The translations under genes and the position numbers were made by a program. This document shows, piece after piece, positions 29,319 through 39,095 of a DNA stretch of 64,000 nucleotides. This DNA comes from an uncultured Candidatus Saccharibacteria bacterium. GTDB lineage: Bacteria > Patescibacteriota > Saccharimonadia > CAILAD01 > BJGX01. Below the pieces are notes generated by a model. That model was given only the letters and a program-made list of their open reading frames with translations. It did not search any database and was not told where the DNA came from. Numbering within the stretch: position 1 is the stretch's first letter; each line of letters starts with the position of its first letter. The DNA is taken from contig CAZKFZ010000006.1 of NCBI GenBank assembly GCA_964552475.1, positions 27 to 64,026 of the forward strand, written 5' to 3'.

Positions 29319-30656
29319 CTATTTAAGCACCTCGAAATTTACTCGAATATTATTTTCACTTAAGGGGTCTGCCACCGCTCGCCTATCTACAACTAGATTA
29401 GGTAGCCACACAATCTCATTATTTCTGTTAATTAGCACCGGCCAAATATCTCGCTTATCACGCGGTACTTTTTTATCTACAAAAACATCCTGCAATTTTT
29501 TACTTCCAGACATACCAACTGGATAAATTCTATCACCTTCTTGGCGATGTCTTACCATCAATCTTTGTTTGGCAACAACAATATTGTCTACGTTATTATT
29601 ATTAAAAGATTGGGGTTGAATTGTAACTCTAAACGTTTCATTTTCAAATGGCGACTGAGGTGTAAGAATGTGTGTAGACCTATCGCTATACCTTGCTGTG
29701 TTATCTGATTGACAGGTGACTTTTAGATTATCATAACCTATAGCCAGGTGCAAGCCATTTTTAAAGTGTTGGCTAGCACCGCTACGACCTTCTAGTAAAA
29801 ATTTTTCAGCCTGAGCAATATTGCTTTTGCTTAAATTTACGCCTGGCTTAATTTGTCGTACAACATACACTAGTAAGCTGGTGGCAATTTGTGGTGGCAA
29901 CTCTCTAAACTCTTTTTTGTCTATTAGAATAGTTTTTTCAGATCTTTCAGATTGAATCCTACCTAGTAGATCTTCTAGTTGATAATCTATTTGTTGATTG
30001 AGACGGCTTAGCTTGTGCAGACTTTGGGTAAAAGAATGGTGAAAATTGCGATACAACATACTGCCCTGGGGTACCAGTACATGGCGTACAAAATTTCGAC
30101 TAAAGCCAATATCTACATTGGTACTGTCTTCGTTGTATGGTAGTTTTTGTAACTGTGCGTAGGTAATAAGTTCGGCTTTATGAAATGGCAGTAGCGGCCT
30201 TACTAACACGCCACGGCGGGCTCGCATAGCTGTAATACCATGTCTGTCTGATCCTCTAATGGTGTTAAATATAGCTGTCTCAATGGCGTCGTCGGCATGA
30301 TGAGCGGTAACTATGTTGTCAAAGTTGATATCTTGTCGCAAGCTTTCTAGGTAATTGTAGCGAGCTTTGCGCAATTCTGCCTCACTCGTTTTTTTACCGC
30401 TGTATTTTTCTAGGTTAAACCTCATACCATACTTTTCGGCCAATTGTGCAGTTAGTTCGGCATCTTTATAGCTGTCTGGGCGAATTTTATGATCAAAGTG
30501 AGCTACTATAAATTGCCAGTTGTAAAATTGCTTGAGTTCAGCCAATAGGTGTAAGAGTGTCACAGAGTCTACCCCACCACTAACAGCCACCACTAGCTTA
30601 GATTGCGGGGGCAGCAAATCGGTGTTTTGAATATGGTTTTGAAACTTAGTTAGCAT
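29319..30656 (-). CDS. tilS: tRNA(Ile)-lysidine synthetase
   Basis: AVSGGVDS, TAHHADD, RPLL, D.TN....SRNFVR; tilS-ftsH synteny. Confidence 0.96.
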   Translation of the reverse strand: MLTKFQNHIQNTDLLPPQSKLVVAVSGGVDSVTLLHLLAELKQFYNWQFIVAHFDHKIRPDSYKDAELTAQLAEKYGMRFNLEKYSGKKTSEAELRKARYNYLESLRQDINFDNIVTAHHADDAIETAIFNTIRGSDRHGITAMRARRGVLVRPLLPFHKAELITYAQLQKLPYNEDSTNVDIGFSRNFVRHVLVPQGSMLYRNFHHSFTQSLHKLSRLNQQIDYQLEDLLGRIQSERSEKTILIDKKEFRELPPQIATSLLVYVVRQIKPGVNLSKSNIAQAEKFLLEGRSGASQHFKNGLHLAIGYDNLKVTCQSDNTARYSDRSTHILTPQSPFENETFRVTIQPQSFNNNNVDNIVVAKQRLMVRHRQEGDRIYPVGMSGSKKLQDVFVDKKVPRDKRDIWPVLINRNNEIVWLPNLVVDRRAVADPLSENNIRVNFEVLK

Positions 30657-30736
30657 CTATACTTATTATACAAGAAAACAGCTTAGCTTGCTCTTGTGGT
30701 AAATAAAAAAGCCAGCACAATATGCTGGATTATCTA

Positions 30737-30813
30737 TGGTGGCTGCGGTAGGAATTGAACCTACGACCTCGGGCTTATGAGTCCCGCGCTCTAACCAACT
30801 GAGCTACGCAGCC
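30737..30813 (-). tRNA. tRNA-Met (CAT), elongator type
   Basis: Cloverleaf GGCTGCG...CTCATAA...CGCAGCC-A-CCA; acceptor stem resembles elongator Met. Confidence 0.93.
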
Positions 30814-30953
30814 GCACTTACCTTTATTGGCTAATACATTTGGTTTTCTAAGCTGTTATTTTTGCACAAAAAACTAAAATATTCAACCTAAGACACTTGA
30901 TATACTAATCATAAGCGTTTAGTATAGTAAATATTGAATTAAAGGAAATATCA

Positions 30954-31115
30954 ATGCCAGCCAAGAAAACTACAAAAAAATCTACCCCTCTTGCCCGTAA
31001 ACAAAAATCTTTTGTCGACCCTGTAATAGTTGTAACTATTGCTTGTATTGTAATGGGTGGTCTCATATTTGTACTCTATGCAAGTGCTGCTACTGTCAAC
31101 ACACTTGCTCACTAA
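30954..31115 (+). CDS. small single-TM protein (53 aa), not in ORF track
   Basis: MPAKKTTKKSTPLARKQKSFVDPVIVVTIACIVMGGLIFVLYASAATVNTLAH; AAGGA SD. Confidence 0.6.
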   Translation: MPAKKTTKKSTPLARKQKSFVDPVIVVTIACIVMGGLIFVLYASAATVNTLAH

Positions 31116-31154
31116 AATTCTAGAATACTTTAGCACTCCTGCTATACTGTCTTA

Positions 31155-32048
31155 ATGACAAGCGTTAGAAGCAAAGCAATTTTATTGGCCCTACGTACCT
31201 CAAAGATATTTAGTGAGCCTATTACGCTAGAAAATATTAATCACAAACGCGAAGCCGTGGCCAAGCTAGCCAAGTTTGCTATTGTAGATAAAGATGTAAA
31301 AATTACGCCACACAAAACTGATAGATTTAATGGCGAGTGGATAGTTGTTCCAGAGTCAAGAGCCAACAAAGTGCTGTTATATTTTCATGGCGGTGGGTTT
31401 ATTTTTAATTTTACCCCACATCATCGTGATTATATTTCACGCCTTGCCAAAGCCGGGCAAATAAAAGCCTTTTCGCTAGACTATAGCTTGGCGCCAGAGC
31501 ACCCTTACCCTGTTGCACTCAATGAAGCGCTAGCCGCTTACAAGTGGCTACTCAAAACTTACAACGCCAGTGACATTGTTATTATGGGCGACTCAGCCGG
31601 TGGTGCCATGACTCTCTCGCTTCTACAAATGATTAAGCGCGACAAGTTACCTATGCCAGCCTGCGCCATCGCTATTGCCCCGCCCACAGACGCCACGTTG
31701 GAGAGCTACCAAAAATATGCCAAGCCCAATGATTATATTATTAAAGACGAAAACTTAGAATTTTTTATTAATTTGTATTTTGGTAGCACACCCCACAACG
31801 ACCCCATTGCATCACCATTTTTTGGTGACTACAAAGGTTTGCCGCCGCTACAGCTGCATATTGATAAAAGTGAGATACTCTACGGCGATGCGGTAGCTGT
31901 GGTAAAAAAAGCCCAGGCTGCCGGGATAGATGCCGAGCTCTATGAAGAAAAAGACCTTTGGCACGTATGGCATATTTTTGCGCGTTACGTACCAGAGGCA
32001 CAAAAAGCTGTAGACCACATTGGCAAATTTATACTAAAAAATACTTAA
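31155..32048 (+). CDS. HSL-family alpha/beta hydrolase (esterase)
   Basis: HGGGF, LAPEHPYP, GDSAGG, LWHVW. Confidence 0.92.
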   Translation: MTSVRSKAILLALRTSKIFSEPITLENINHKREAVAKLAKFAIVDKDVKITPHKTDRFNGEWIVVPESRANKVLLYFHGGGFIFNFTPHHRDYISRLAKAGQIKAFSLDYSLAPEHPYPVALNEALAAYKWLLKTYNASDIVIMGDSAGGAMTLSLLQMIKRDKLPMPACAIAIAPPTDATLESYQKYAKPNDYIIKDENLEFFINLYFGSTPHNDPIASPFFGDYKGLPPLQLHIDKSEILYGDAVAVVKKAQAAGIDAELYEEKDLWHVWHIFARYVPEAQKAVDHIGKFILKNT

Positions 32049-32069
32049 GTAGTCTGTTATTATATTTTT

Positions 32070-32525
32070 ATGGAAAAACACGACTCACACCCTACTCCAA
32101 GTAAACACCGTTCCAAAACTGGCTGGCGCCCAAGCAAAAAATTGATATTTACCACTGTCATTTTGCTAGTTGTGGCCGGCACGGGCTTTTACTTTGGTAC
32201 CGTGTACCAAAAGAACCGCGATACTGCCGACGCTGAAGCTCAAAAAAAAGCCGCTCAAGTTGCTGCCACACCTATTATTGGCAAGGTGACTGACATTTCA
32301 GACAAAAAAGTAACTGTAAAAATCACCAAGACCAACGAGACCAAAGGCTACGACATTACTAGCAATACCCAAATACTATTAAATGGCAAAAAGGTGGGCG
32401 CCGGCGATATTAAAAAAGACCAGTCGGTAATTATACTCACCGAGCCCGGCAAGCCAAATGTTGCCCGACGTATCACTGCCTCTACTCCGCCAGCTACTAA
32501 CCCCTCTGTGAAAAAGACCGACTAG
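32070..32525 (+). CDS. membrane-anchored protein with OB-like/DUF5666-like domain
   Basis: N-terminal TM, then GKVTDI...DIKKDQSV.I pattern. Confidence 0.65.
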   Translation: MEKHDSHPTPSKHRSKTGWRPSKKLIFTTVILLVVAGTGFYFGTVYQKNRDTADAEAQKKAAQVAATPIIGKVTDISDKKVTVKITKTNETKGYDITSNTQILLNGKKVGAGDIKKDQSVIILTEPGKPNVARRITASTPPATNPSVKKTD

Positions 32526-32617
32526 TCTCTTTATACAAGCAATAGACAAGGCATAAGCATTAATAGTATGCTTATGTTAGCACCTGTACTACACACTACC
32601 TCAAGGGGGCTAGTTAA

Positions 32618-33202
32618 GTGCAAACCAAGTTCAAGATAATCCTACTGGTAACACTATTAGCCGGTCTGCTACTAACCGGCTGCAATGGTTTCGCTTACCA
32701 GCGGATATCCAATGGCCAGCCTGTTGGCTGGGGCTGTGCTACCGTGCACTATCGCATTGATGTGAGTGGCATGCCTAGCTTAGCCTGGGGTCAACACATA
32801 CACGATGCTTTCAGGGCCGCCTCGGCCGCCACGGGCATACCGGTGCACTACGATGGCCGTTTGCCGGCGGGTTACGCAGCTACCCACGGCTGGCAATCCA
32901 GCCCAGGCGACCCTGTGTGGGTTGGGTACAAACCGTTTGACGACCCACCGGTTGCTAGTAGTGGCTTCACCGAGCCGACCTTTTCTGGCAATCGCATTAC
33001 TGGTGGTAAGATTTGGTTCAACACCCTCTGGCGCTGGACTCGAACCAATCACAAACAGACACTTTGGCACGAGGTTGGCCATCTATTTGGTTTAGCCCAC
33101 CCTGTTGACAGCACCAATCAAGTTATGGGTGTTCATAGCCCACCCTATCAGTCTGGCGACTTGTTGGGATTTAGGGGTCTAAGACGGCCAAGCAACTGCT
33201 AA
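32618..33202 (+). CDS. matrixin-like (M10) metalloprotease lipoprotein
   Basis: Lipobox LTGC, HEVGHLFGLAH, Met-turn VM. Confidence 0.85.
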   Translation: MQTKFKIILLVTLLAGLLLTGCNGFAYQRISNGQPVGWGCATVHYRIDVSGMPSLAWGQHIHDAFRAASAATGIPVHYDGRLPAGYAATHGWQSSPGDPVWVGYKPFDDPPVASSGFTEPTFSGNRITGGKIWFNTLWRWTRTNHKQTLWHEVGHLFGLAHPVDSTNQVMGVHSPPYQSGDLLGFRGLRRPSNC

Positions 33203-33270
33203 CTATCACTTAGCCATTAGAAGTGGCAAACCTCGACGAGAGTCGGGGTTTTTGCTTGTTTGAATTAACT

Positions 33271-33777
33271 CTACGTAAGCTCATTTACCATCTGCTCAAG
33301 TACTACTTGTGTTGCAGCGTCATTGCGAATAACCTTTACATCAAGCTTCTGCGCCTCCTCTATCAAATACTCTTGTATCATTCGCACTGCTGTAAAGTTC
33401 TGTTCTGATTCATCTGTTTCTTTTCTTTTTTCGAAAAACTGTCTTTTGTGTATGGCCTCATCAAGACAAACCAACAAAAATACTTTTGCTTTATTGCGAT
33501 ACGGCGCTGGGTCTATAAACACTGCCTCAAGAATCACTTTATCATGCTCAACAAGCACTCTATCTACATCTTTGCGCATATAGTCTCTTACGTAGAGAAG
33601 TCCTTTCACAGTATTCTCTTTTGTAAGTGAACCATACTTTCGCCAAACAAACTTTGTGGCTGGGTACGGCCTAATATAATCACCTTCTATAAATGGAATC
33701 CCAGTTTTATATTGTAGTGCTTTGCTAATAGTAGTTTTCCCTGCGTCGGGAACACCGTATATCAAAACTTGGCTCAT
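33271..33777 (-). CDS. P-loop NTPase/kinase (2-phosphoglycerate kinase-like)
   Basis: GVPDAGKTT Walker A, VILE, IQEYL; ATGA overlap with the upstream gene. Confidence 0.7.
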   Translation of the reverse strand: MSQVLIYGVPDAGKTTISKALQYKTGIPFIEGDYIRPYPATKFVWRKYGSLTKENTVKGLLYVRDYMRKDVDRVLVEHDKVILEAVFIDPAPYRNKAKVFLLVCLDEAIHKRQFFEKRKETDESEQNFTAVRMIQEYLIEEAQKLDVKVIRNDAATQVVLEQMVNELT

Positions 33778-36700
33778 ATCCTACTATTTCGTTTATTGGC
33801 ATAGAGACTTTGATAACCAGCTATGACTAGCCCAGCAATACCTGCGCTAACTAAAGCAATAGAAAAAATAACAAATATAGTTTTGTGTATATTTATACCG
33901 GTTTTTGCTAGCAACGATTCACCAACTGCTAACCCGATGGGGTCAGTAATTTTGCCGTCGGTAACGCCATCGGTGTCTAAGTTGCTGCCGTCAGTTATTT
34001 GATAGCTGGCTTTGGTGGCACTTTGGCCACCAACACTTACGCCGATGATGTTAGCACCATCTAAATTGGTGTAGGTATTACTATTAGGGTTGTACTTACG
34101 GGCGACAAAGCCTTGTGTAGCTACACCATAATAGTATTGAGTAACTGTAGTAGTTATACCGGGAGTGCCACAACTGAGGCTAAAGTTCATTAGCCCAGCT
34201 GGATAGTTGTAGTTAAGGTCTGGGGTGGTATTTACTGATTCTGCGGCTGTTGAAGCGGCGGTAATAGAGCACTCACTGCCTACCTCGAGAGTGGCATACT
34301 GCCCGGTGACAGGGTCAACAAAACTCGCTACATTGGCTTGCTCAGAGTCCGGGGTGTTGTCGCCGTTGGCATCGCCATTGTTGGGGGCGGCGGATTCGAT
34401 TTCGCTAGGTACTCCATCGTTGTCGTCTACTGGCGCGTTTGGGTCGTAAGTGTGTGTTACCAGACTATTGTTACTGAGAGTACTGAATGGATCTGTTCCG
34501 GTACCAAAAGCCTGACCAAATGTTTGAGCTTCTGGGTCTAGCTCATAGAACACCATAGCGCGGTTAAGAGTTGGTTGAGTTTCATCTATAGACTCTATGT
34601 TCACAACTATCTTAAAACTTACTGTCTGCCCGTTTGCGATGCTATCAAATCCAAAAACACAGGCTATAAAATGGCCAACGGTGCCCGGAAATGGCCAATC
34701 TTCGTGCGGGTCCTCGCAGCTCACATTGTCACCTATTACAGCGCTATACTCAACACCGTGAGGCAGAACATCAAAAATATACGTGCCACCAACTGCTGTG
34801 TCGGGCCCATGGTTGGTAAGACCAATAGTATAGGTAGCTTGTTGACCATTTTTGATTGTACCTGGCGCATCAAGAGTCTTAGTGATCTCAATGTCTACAA
34901 CTGGTGTAGGTACAAATGTATCATCGTCGGTGCCGCAATTATTGCTTTCGTCGATATCAATAATAGTTTGGCCCCCTAACCGGATAGGAGGGTCTATACA
35001 TACTTGACTTGTATCTAAGTTTCCAAAATTTTGCACATCACCACTCAATATCAAGGTAAGTGTTTCGCCAGACTTCAATAGACCAGACCAGGTATTACCA
35101 TCAAAGCTACCAGGCGATGTCGCGGTGGTGTTGTCGGAGTCTACTGAATACATATATGGATAAAGTACATTATTTGCACCCTGGAATGTAAAATGGTCAA
35201 CGTCACCCGGCCCGTTATTAGTGACGGTAAAGGTGTATTGATTCGGTTCTCCAAATACAGCGCTCGTAGTGCCATCGTCGCTTGTTACGGCCAAGTCTGC
35301 TTGCGGTTCATATTTACCAAATTCACTAGTTGGGCCAAAACCCGTAGGACTATCTGGATCAATCAGTGTGGCTGTCGCTGCAAGGTGTGTGTGACCTGTA
35401 CCGCTAACAGTAGTGGTAAAGTTTTGGCTACCGGTGCCGGTACTGGTGGCTTCGTCGTAGCCAAGGAAGGTTTCCCCCTCACCATAACCTGTCGGGTCAG
35501 CCTCTGTATTACTAAAGAATTCTATACGATAGTCGCCAGCGGGCACATCTAAGCTAAACCCTATATCGGTATTACCAGCGTTTTCGGTGGCCTGAGTAAT
35601 AATTGGGAAATTGAGCAAATCATTTGGGCCTGAATCGCCATCACCGGAATCATTTGCGGTTGGATAATTGTCGCCACCAGAACCGCCGCCTAGTTTTATA
35701 CCTGTGTAATTATTACTAAAAATAGAGTTGCCTAGAAATGGACTGTGTCCACTACCATAAAAAATCATACCAATACCATTAGCACCATTGAAGGCAATAA
35801 TATTACCTTCGCCCTGGTTTGTACCGCCAATCAGTGGTGCGGCTAAGGACGTCAAATGCACACCGTACTCTCCATTCCCAAGATCTATGGTATTTGTAAG
35901 ATCTGTACCTATGTGATTACCCTGTATTCTTGCACCAACTCCATCACCCATCCAAATCCCACTCGCTGTGTTACCACCTATTACATTATCTTTTATTAAT
36001 ACTCCGCTACAATCACCGCTACAACCTATTGATAGCCCGTGACCAGCATTTGGTATCTTAGCCGTGCCTGTCGAGTTAGTTCCAATTAGATTATTCTCGA
36101 TAGTTGCGACATTAAATGAAAGTGCCACCCCATAATTACTATTGCCAGAAATAACATTGCCATCATTTATGCCTGGCCCCCCAATCATTAGATTAATAAA
36201 CCCACCATAGGCCCCAATACCGTTATTTGTATTTGGTAGAGCTGCCGTACCGGCATGGTTTGTGCCAATCTTGTTACCCTTAATTATTGTATTTGTGTGC
36301 GTACCATACCAAAAGCTAATACCCCTACCTATTACTCCAGATATCAAATTGTTAGCAATAGTGGTGCCTGTGCTAGGGGCTACATTTATACCGCCGTAAC
36401 TATCTATTCCTAATGATGTTGTACCAGCAATATCTGTGCCAACAATGTTATTTTTAAACATTGTGTTATTACCGTTAATCCAAAGGCCATATTTACCAAA
36501 TAGATTCATGTCGGTAGAATTATTTCCACCAACCGTTGAGTCATTTCCAGATACGCTTAGACCGATGCGTGTTACCGTGCTAACAGCTGTTGTACCATCT
36601 GCGCTCGTTCCAAAAAAATTACATCTTACTATATTGGTGTCGCTTTGGGTCTCCAAATATGCATTGCCAGTGCCAAACACCAGCCCATTGATCTCTGAGC

Positions 36701-37070
36701 CAGCAGCATTTGCGCTAGTAGTAATCAATGGGCTATTTTCTATAACAACTTTTAGGGTTGAGCTAGTGCCGTTACAAACAGACCCAGATTGAGACATCCC
36801 ATTTATTTTGAGTTGATCGGTAATAGTAATCCCGCCTGTTGTGAGTGCAATAGTATGCGGGCCGGCGCCGGAAATATTAAAGTCTATTTGGTCTGCTCCA
36901 GCATTATTGTTGGCATCGGTAATAGCTTGCCTTAAACTACCGGCACCAGCATCGTCGGTAGTAGTAACGGTATAAGTTGCAGCCTTGGCGGCGTGCGGCA
37001 GTGTTAAAAATCCAAAAGCTAGAGCAATGACCGGTAGTACTAAGAGGAGTTTGATCTTTGTTCCTGTCAT
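33774..37070 (-). CDS. large surface protein (beta-helix, DUF11-like repeats, LAKTG sorting signal)
   Basis: Signal peptide, GSLRQAI, GNxIGT repeats, TNxGP repeats, C-terminal LAKTG-TM-basic tail. Confidence 0.85.
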   Translation of the reverse strand: MTGTKIKLLLVLPVIALAFGFLTLPHAAKAATYTVTTTDDAGAGSLRQAITDANNNAGADQIDFNISGAGPHTIALTTGGITITDQLKINGMSQSGSVCNGTSSTLKVVIENSPLITTSANAAGSEINGLVFGTGNAYLETQSDTNIVRCNFFGTSADGTTAVSTVTRIGLSVSGNDSTVGGNNSTDMNLFGKYGLWINGNNTMFKNNIVGTDIAGTTSLGIDSYGGINVAPSTGTTIANNLISGVIGRGISFWYGTHTNTIIKGNKIGTNHAGTAALPNTNNGIGAYGGFINLMIGGPGINDGNVISGNSNYGVALSFNVATIENNLIGTNSTGTAKIPNAGHGLSIGCSGDCSGVLIKDNVIGGNTASGIWMGDGVGARIQGNHIGTDLTNTIDLGNGEYGVHLTSLAAPLIGGTNQGEGNIIAFNGANGIGMIFYGSGHSPFLGNSIFSNNYTGIKLGGGSGGDNYPTANDSGDGDSGPNDLLNFPIITQATENAGNTDIGFSLDVPAGDYRIEFFSNTEADPTGYGEGETFLGYDEATSTGTGSQNFTTTVSGTGHTHLAATATLIDPDSPTGFGPTSEFGKYEPQADLAVTSDDGTTSAVFGEPNQYTFTVTNNGPGDVDHFTFQGANNVLYPYMYSVDSDNTTATSPGSFDGNTWSGLLKSGETLTLILSGDVQNFGNLDTSQVCIDPPIRLGGQTIIDIDESNNCGTDDDTFVPTPVVDIEITKTLDAPGTIKNGQQATYTIGLTNHGPDTAVGGTYIFDVLPHGVEYSAVIGDNVSCEDPHEDWPFPGTVGHFIACVFGFDSIANGQTVSFKIVVNIESIDETQPTLNRAMVFYELDPEAQTFGQAFGTGTDPFSTLSNNSLVTHTYDPNAPVDDNDGVPSEIESAAPNNGDANGDNTPDSEQANVASFVDPVTGQYATLEVGSECSITAASTAAESVNTTPDLNYNYPAGLMNFSLSCGTPGITTTVTQYYYGVATQGFVARKYNPNSNTYTNLDGANIIGVSVGGQSATKASYQITDGSNLDTDGVTDGKITDPIGLAVGESLLAKTGINIHKTIFVIFSIALVSAGIAGLVIAGYQSLYANKRNSRI

Positions 37071-39025
37071 ACTCTACCCCGTTGTTTCTTTTTGGAATAA
37101 ACTCTGTGTCCTGTAAGGCCAGCGACACCTAATACTCCTGCGGCAATGAGAGTTAGTGCGATGAATAATCGTTGGTTGGTGTGCTGTGGCTGCCCGGTGT
37201 TGGCTAGTGAGCTGGAGTTGCCAGAGGGGCTAGGAGTAGGTGTTGGGGTTGGTGGTACTGGTACTGGTGCGGCAATGGCTTGTACTGGAGCTGAGAATTC
37301 TGAGCTGTGGCCATAACCATCACTAGATACATCGGTCATGGTAGTTACGGCAGTAACATAGTAGTCGGCAGGCACAGAACCGGGGAGATTAAGAGTAGCC
37401 GATTGGCCAGTGACAGAGCCTGGCACAATATCTGAGCCAAGATAAATAGCCCCTTCACGATCACTTGTTGAATTGGCATAAAAATCTACACTGTAGCCAG
37501 TAGCCCCTACCTCGGCTGGATTAATGTCGAGGTCGTAATTGACAGTTACTTGGCCACTACCCTTTGTGGCAGAGTTGATGACAGGGAAGTTCATAAACAT
37601 ATTGGGGCCAACATCGGGGTCGCCAGCATCATTGGGATAAGGCTCAGGGGTGTCGCAGACAAAATTACTGTCTGTGTCGTTACATAAGCGTATGCCACTC
37701 TCAGTGTTTTGTTCTATGTCGTTACCGATGATGGTATTGTTTAATGGTGCATCACCAAAGCCAGCAATATTTATTGCAAACACACCGCTGCCAGTACTAC
37801 CGGCAATCTTATTGCCTTCACCCACGCCAGTACCACCAATAAGGATATCGTGACTATTATTGGCCATTGCGACACCAGAGGTATTACTTAAACCTGGGGT
37901 AACATCACCATTCTTATCAGTGCCAAAGTAGTTACCCTGAATAGTATTACTAGAGGATTCGAACATAAGTATGCCACCCCATATAGCAGTATTGTTTGTT
38001 ATGACATTACGGGCTGCTACTGATGTGCCTCCAATAATATTGTTGCTACCACCCGATAAGCAAATACCGCCTATGCCATCATTTGAAAGCGGCGCAAGCC
38101 CAGTAGCATCTAACCCAATATAGTTACCTTGAATAGTATTATTGGACGCCCCTTCCCCTTGTATACCGCAATTACCATTACCCGATATAACATTCATTGC
38201 ACCCGTTGCTGTACCCCCGACAGTAACATTCCCTGAGCTCATAAATATACCATCATCGACATTACCTATATCGGCAATACCATTAGCTGCTACACCGATA
38301 TAATTACCTTGTATTACAGTACCCATACTAGTGGACATACCAAACCCCGAATTTCCCGAAACCAAGTTCCGTTCGGCAGGGTTTGTACTACCCACATGTA
38401 CCCCTGTACCCCCGGTTGAATTTGATATACCTCTTTTATTACCCAAATCTACTAAACCGGTGGTATCTGTCCCTAAGTAATTACCAAAGACATTGATGTT
38501 GTTGTTGACACCATTACTAATACGTATGCCATTATTATCAAACCGGTTTATAACTAAACCTCTAATAGTCGAGTTGCTAGTATTTATATTAAGACCATCA
38601 CACCCATTACCGGCACTTCCCCCATCAATCTCAATCGTTAGTGTGCCATTAAAAGGGTTAGGTGATATGGCAGTATTGACAGCTGAGCCGGGTTGAGAGT
38701 AACCGTCTATAGTCACAGACTGAGTAATGTCATCAAAACAAGAAGCTGGTTGAATGGTGTGTACCCCAGTGCCAGATATACCAAAGTCTATGGTATCGCC
38801 ACCAGTGCCAGCATTCACTTCTTGAATGGCCGCCCTAAGAGTACAAGTATCTAGGGCTGTATGGCAGGCCAGGTCGCCAGGATTGTCGTCGGCTTCATCG
38901 CCAATAGAATCGACAGTGTAAGTAGTAGCGGCTTTGGCAGAGTGTGGTTGTAATACAAAAGCAATGGCTAATGCAATAGCACACATTAGTAGTGTTAGCG
39001 AAATTGTTTTATTATGTATCCTCAT
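37067..39025 (-). CDS. CSLREA-type beta-helix surface protein with LANTG sorting signal
   Basis: CTLRAAIQE, GNYIG repeats, PT linker, LANTG-TM-KKKQRGR. Confidence 0.85.
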   Translation of the reverse strand: MRIHNKTISLTLLMCAIALAIAFVLQPHSAKAATTYTVDSIGDEADDNPGDLACHTALDTCTLRAAIQEVNAGTGGDTIDFGISGTGVHTIQPASCFDDITQSVTIDGYSQPGSAVNTAISPNPFNGTLTIEIDGGSAGNGCDGLNINTSNSTIRGLVINRFDNNGIRISNGVNNNINVFGNYLGTDTTGLVDLGNKRGISNSTGGTGVHVGSTNPAERNLVSGNSGFGMSTSMGTVIQGNYIGVAANGIADIGNVDDGIFMSSGNVTVGGTATGAMNVISGNGNCGIQGEGASNNTIQGNYIGLDATGLAPLSNDGIGGICLSGGSNNIIGGTSVAARNVITNNTAIWGGILMFESSSNTIQGNYFGTDKNGDVTPGLSNTSGVAMANNSHDILIGGTGVGEGNKIAGSTGSGVFAINIAGFGDAPLNNTIIGNDIEQNTESGIRLCNDTDSNFVCDTPEPYPNDAGDPDVGPNMFMNFPVINSATKGSGQVTVNYDLDINPAEVGATGYSVDFYANSTSDREGAIYLGSDIVPGSVTGQSATLNLPGSVPADYYVTAVTTMTDVSSDGYGHSSEFSAPVQAIAAPVPVPPTPTPTPSPSGNSSSLANTGQPQHTNQRLFIALTLIAAGVLGVAGLTGHRVYSKKKQRGRV

Positions 39026-39095
39026 AAACTATTATTTATGATATATATTTTAGCATAAGAGTAATAGGTAGCGAAAGGTTAGGGCAGATTTATAT

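Noticed and set aside
30737-30813. CAT tRNA next to tilS as the TilS substrate (Ile2)
   Set aside because: Its acceptor stem resembles elongator Met; the tRNA at 49297-49372 carries the Ile2-type C4/C5 pairs.
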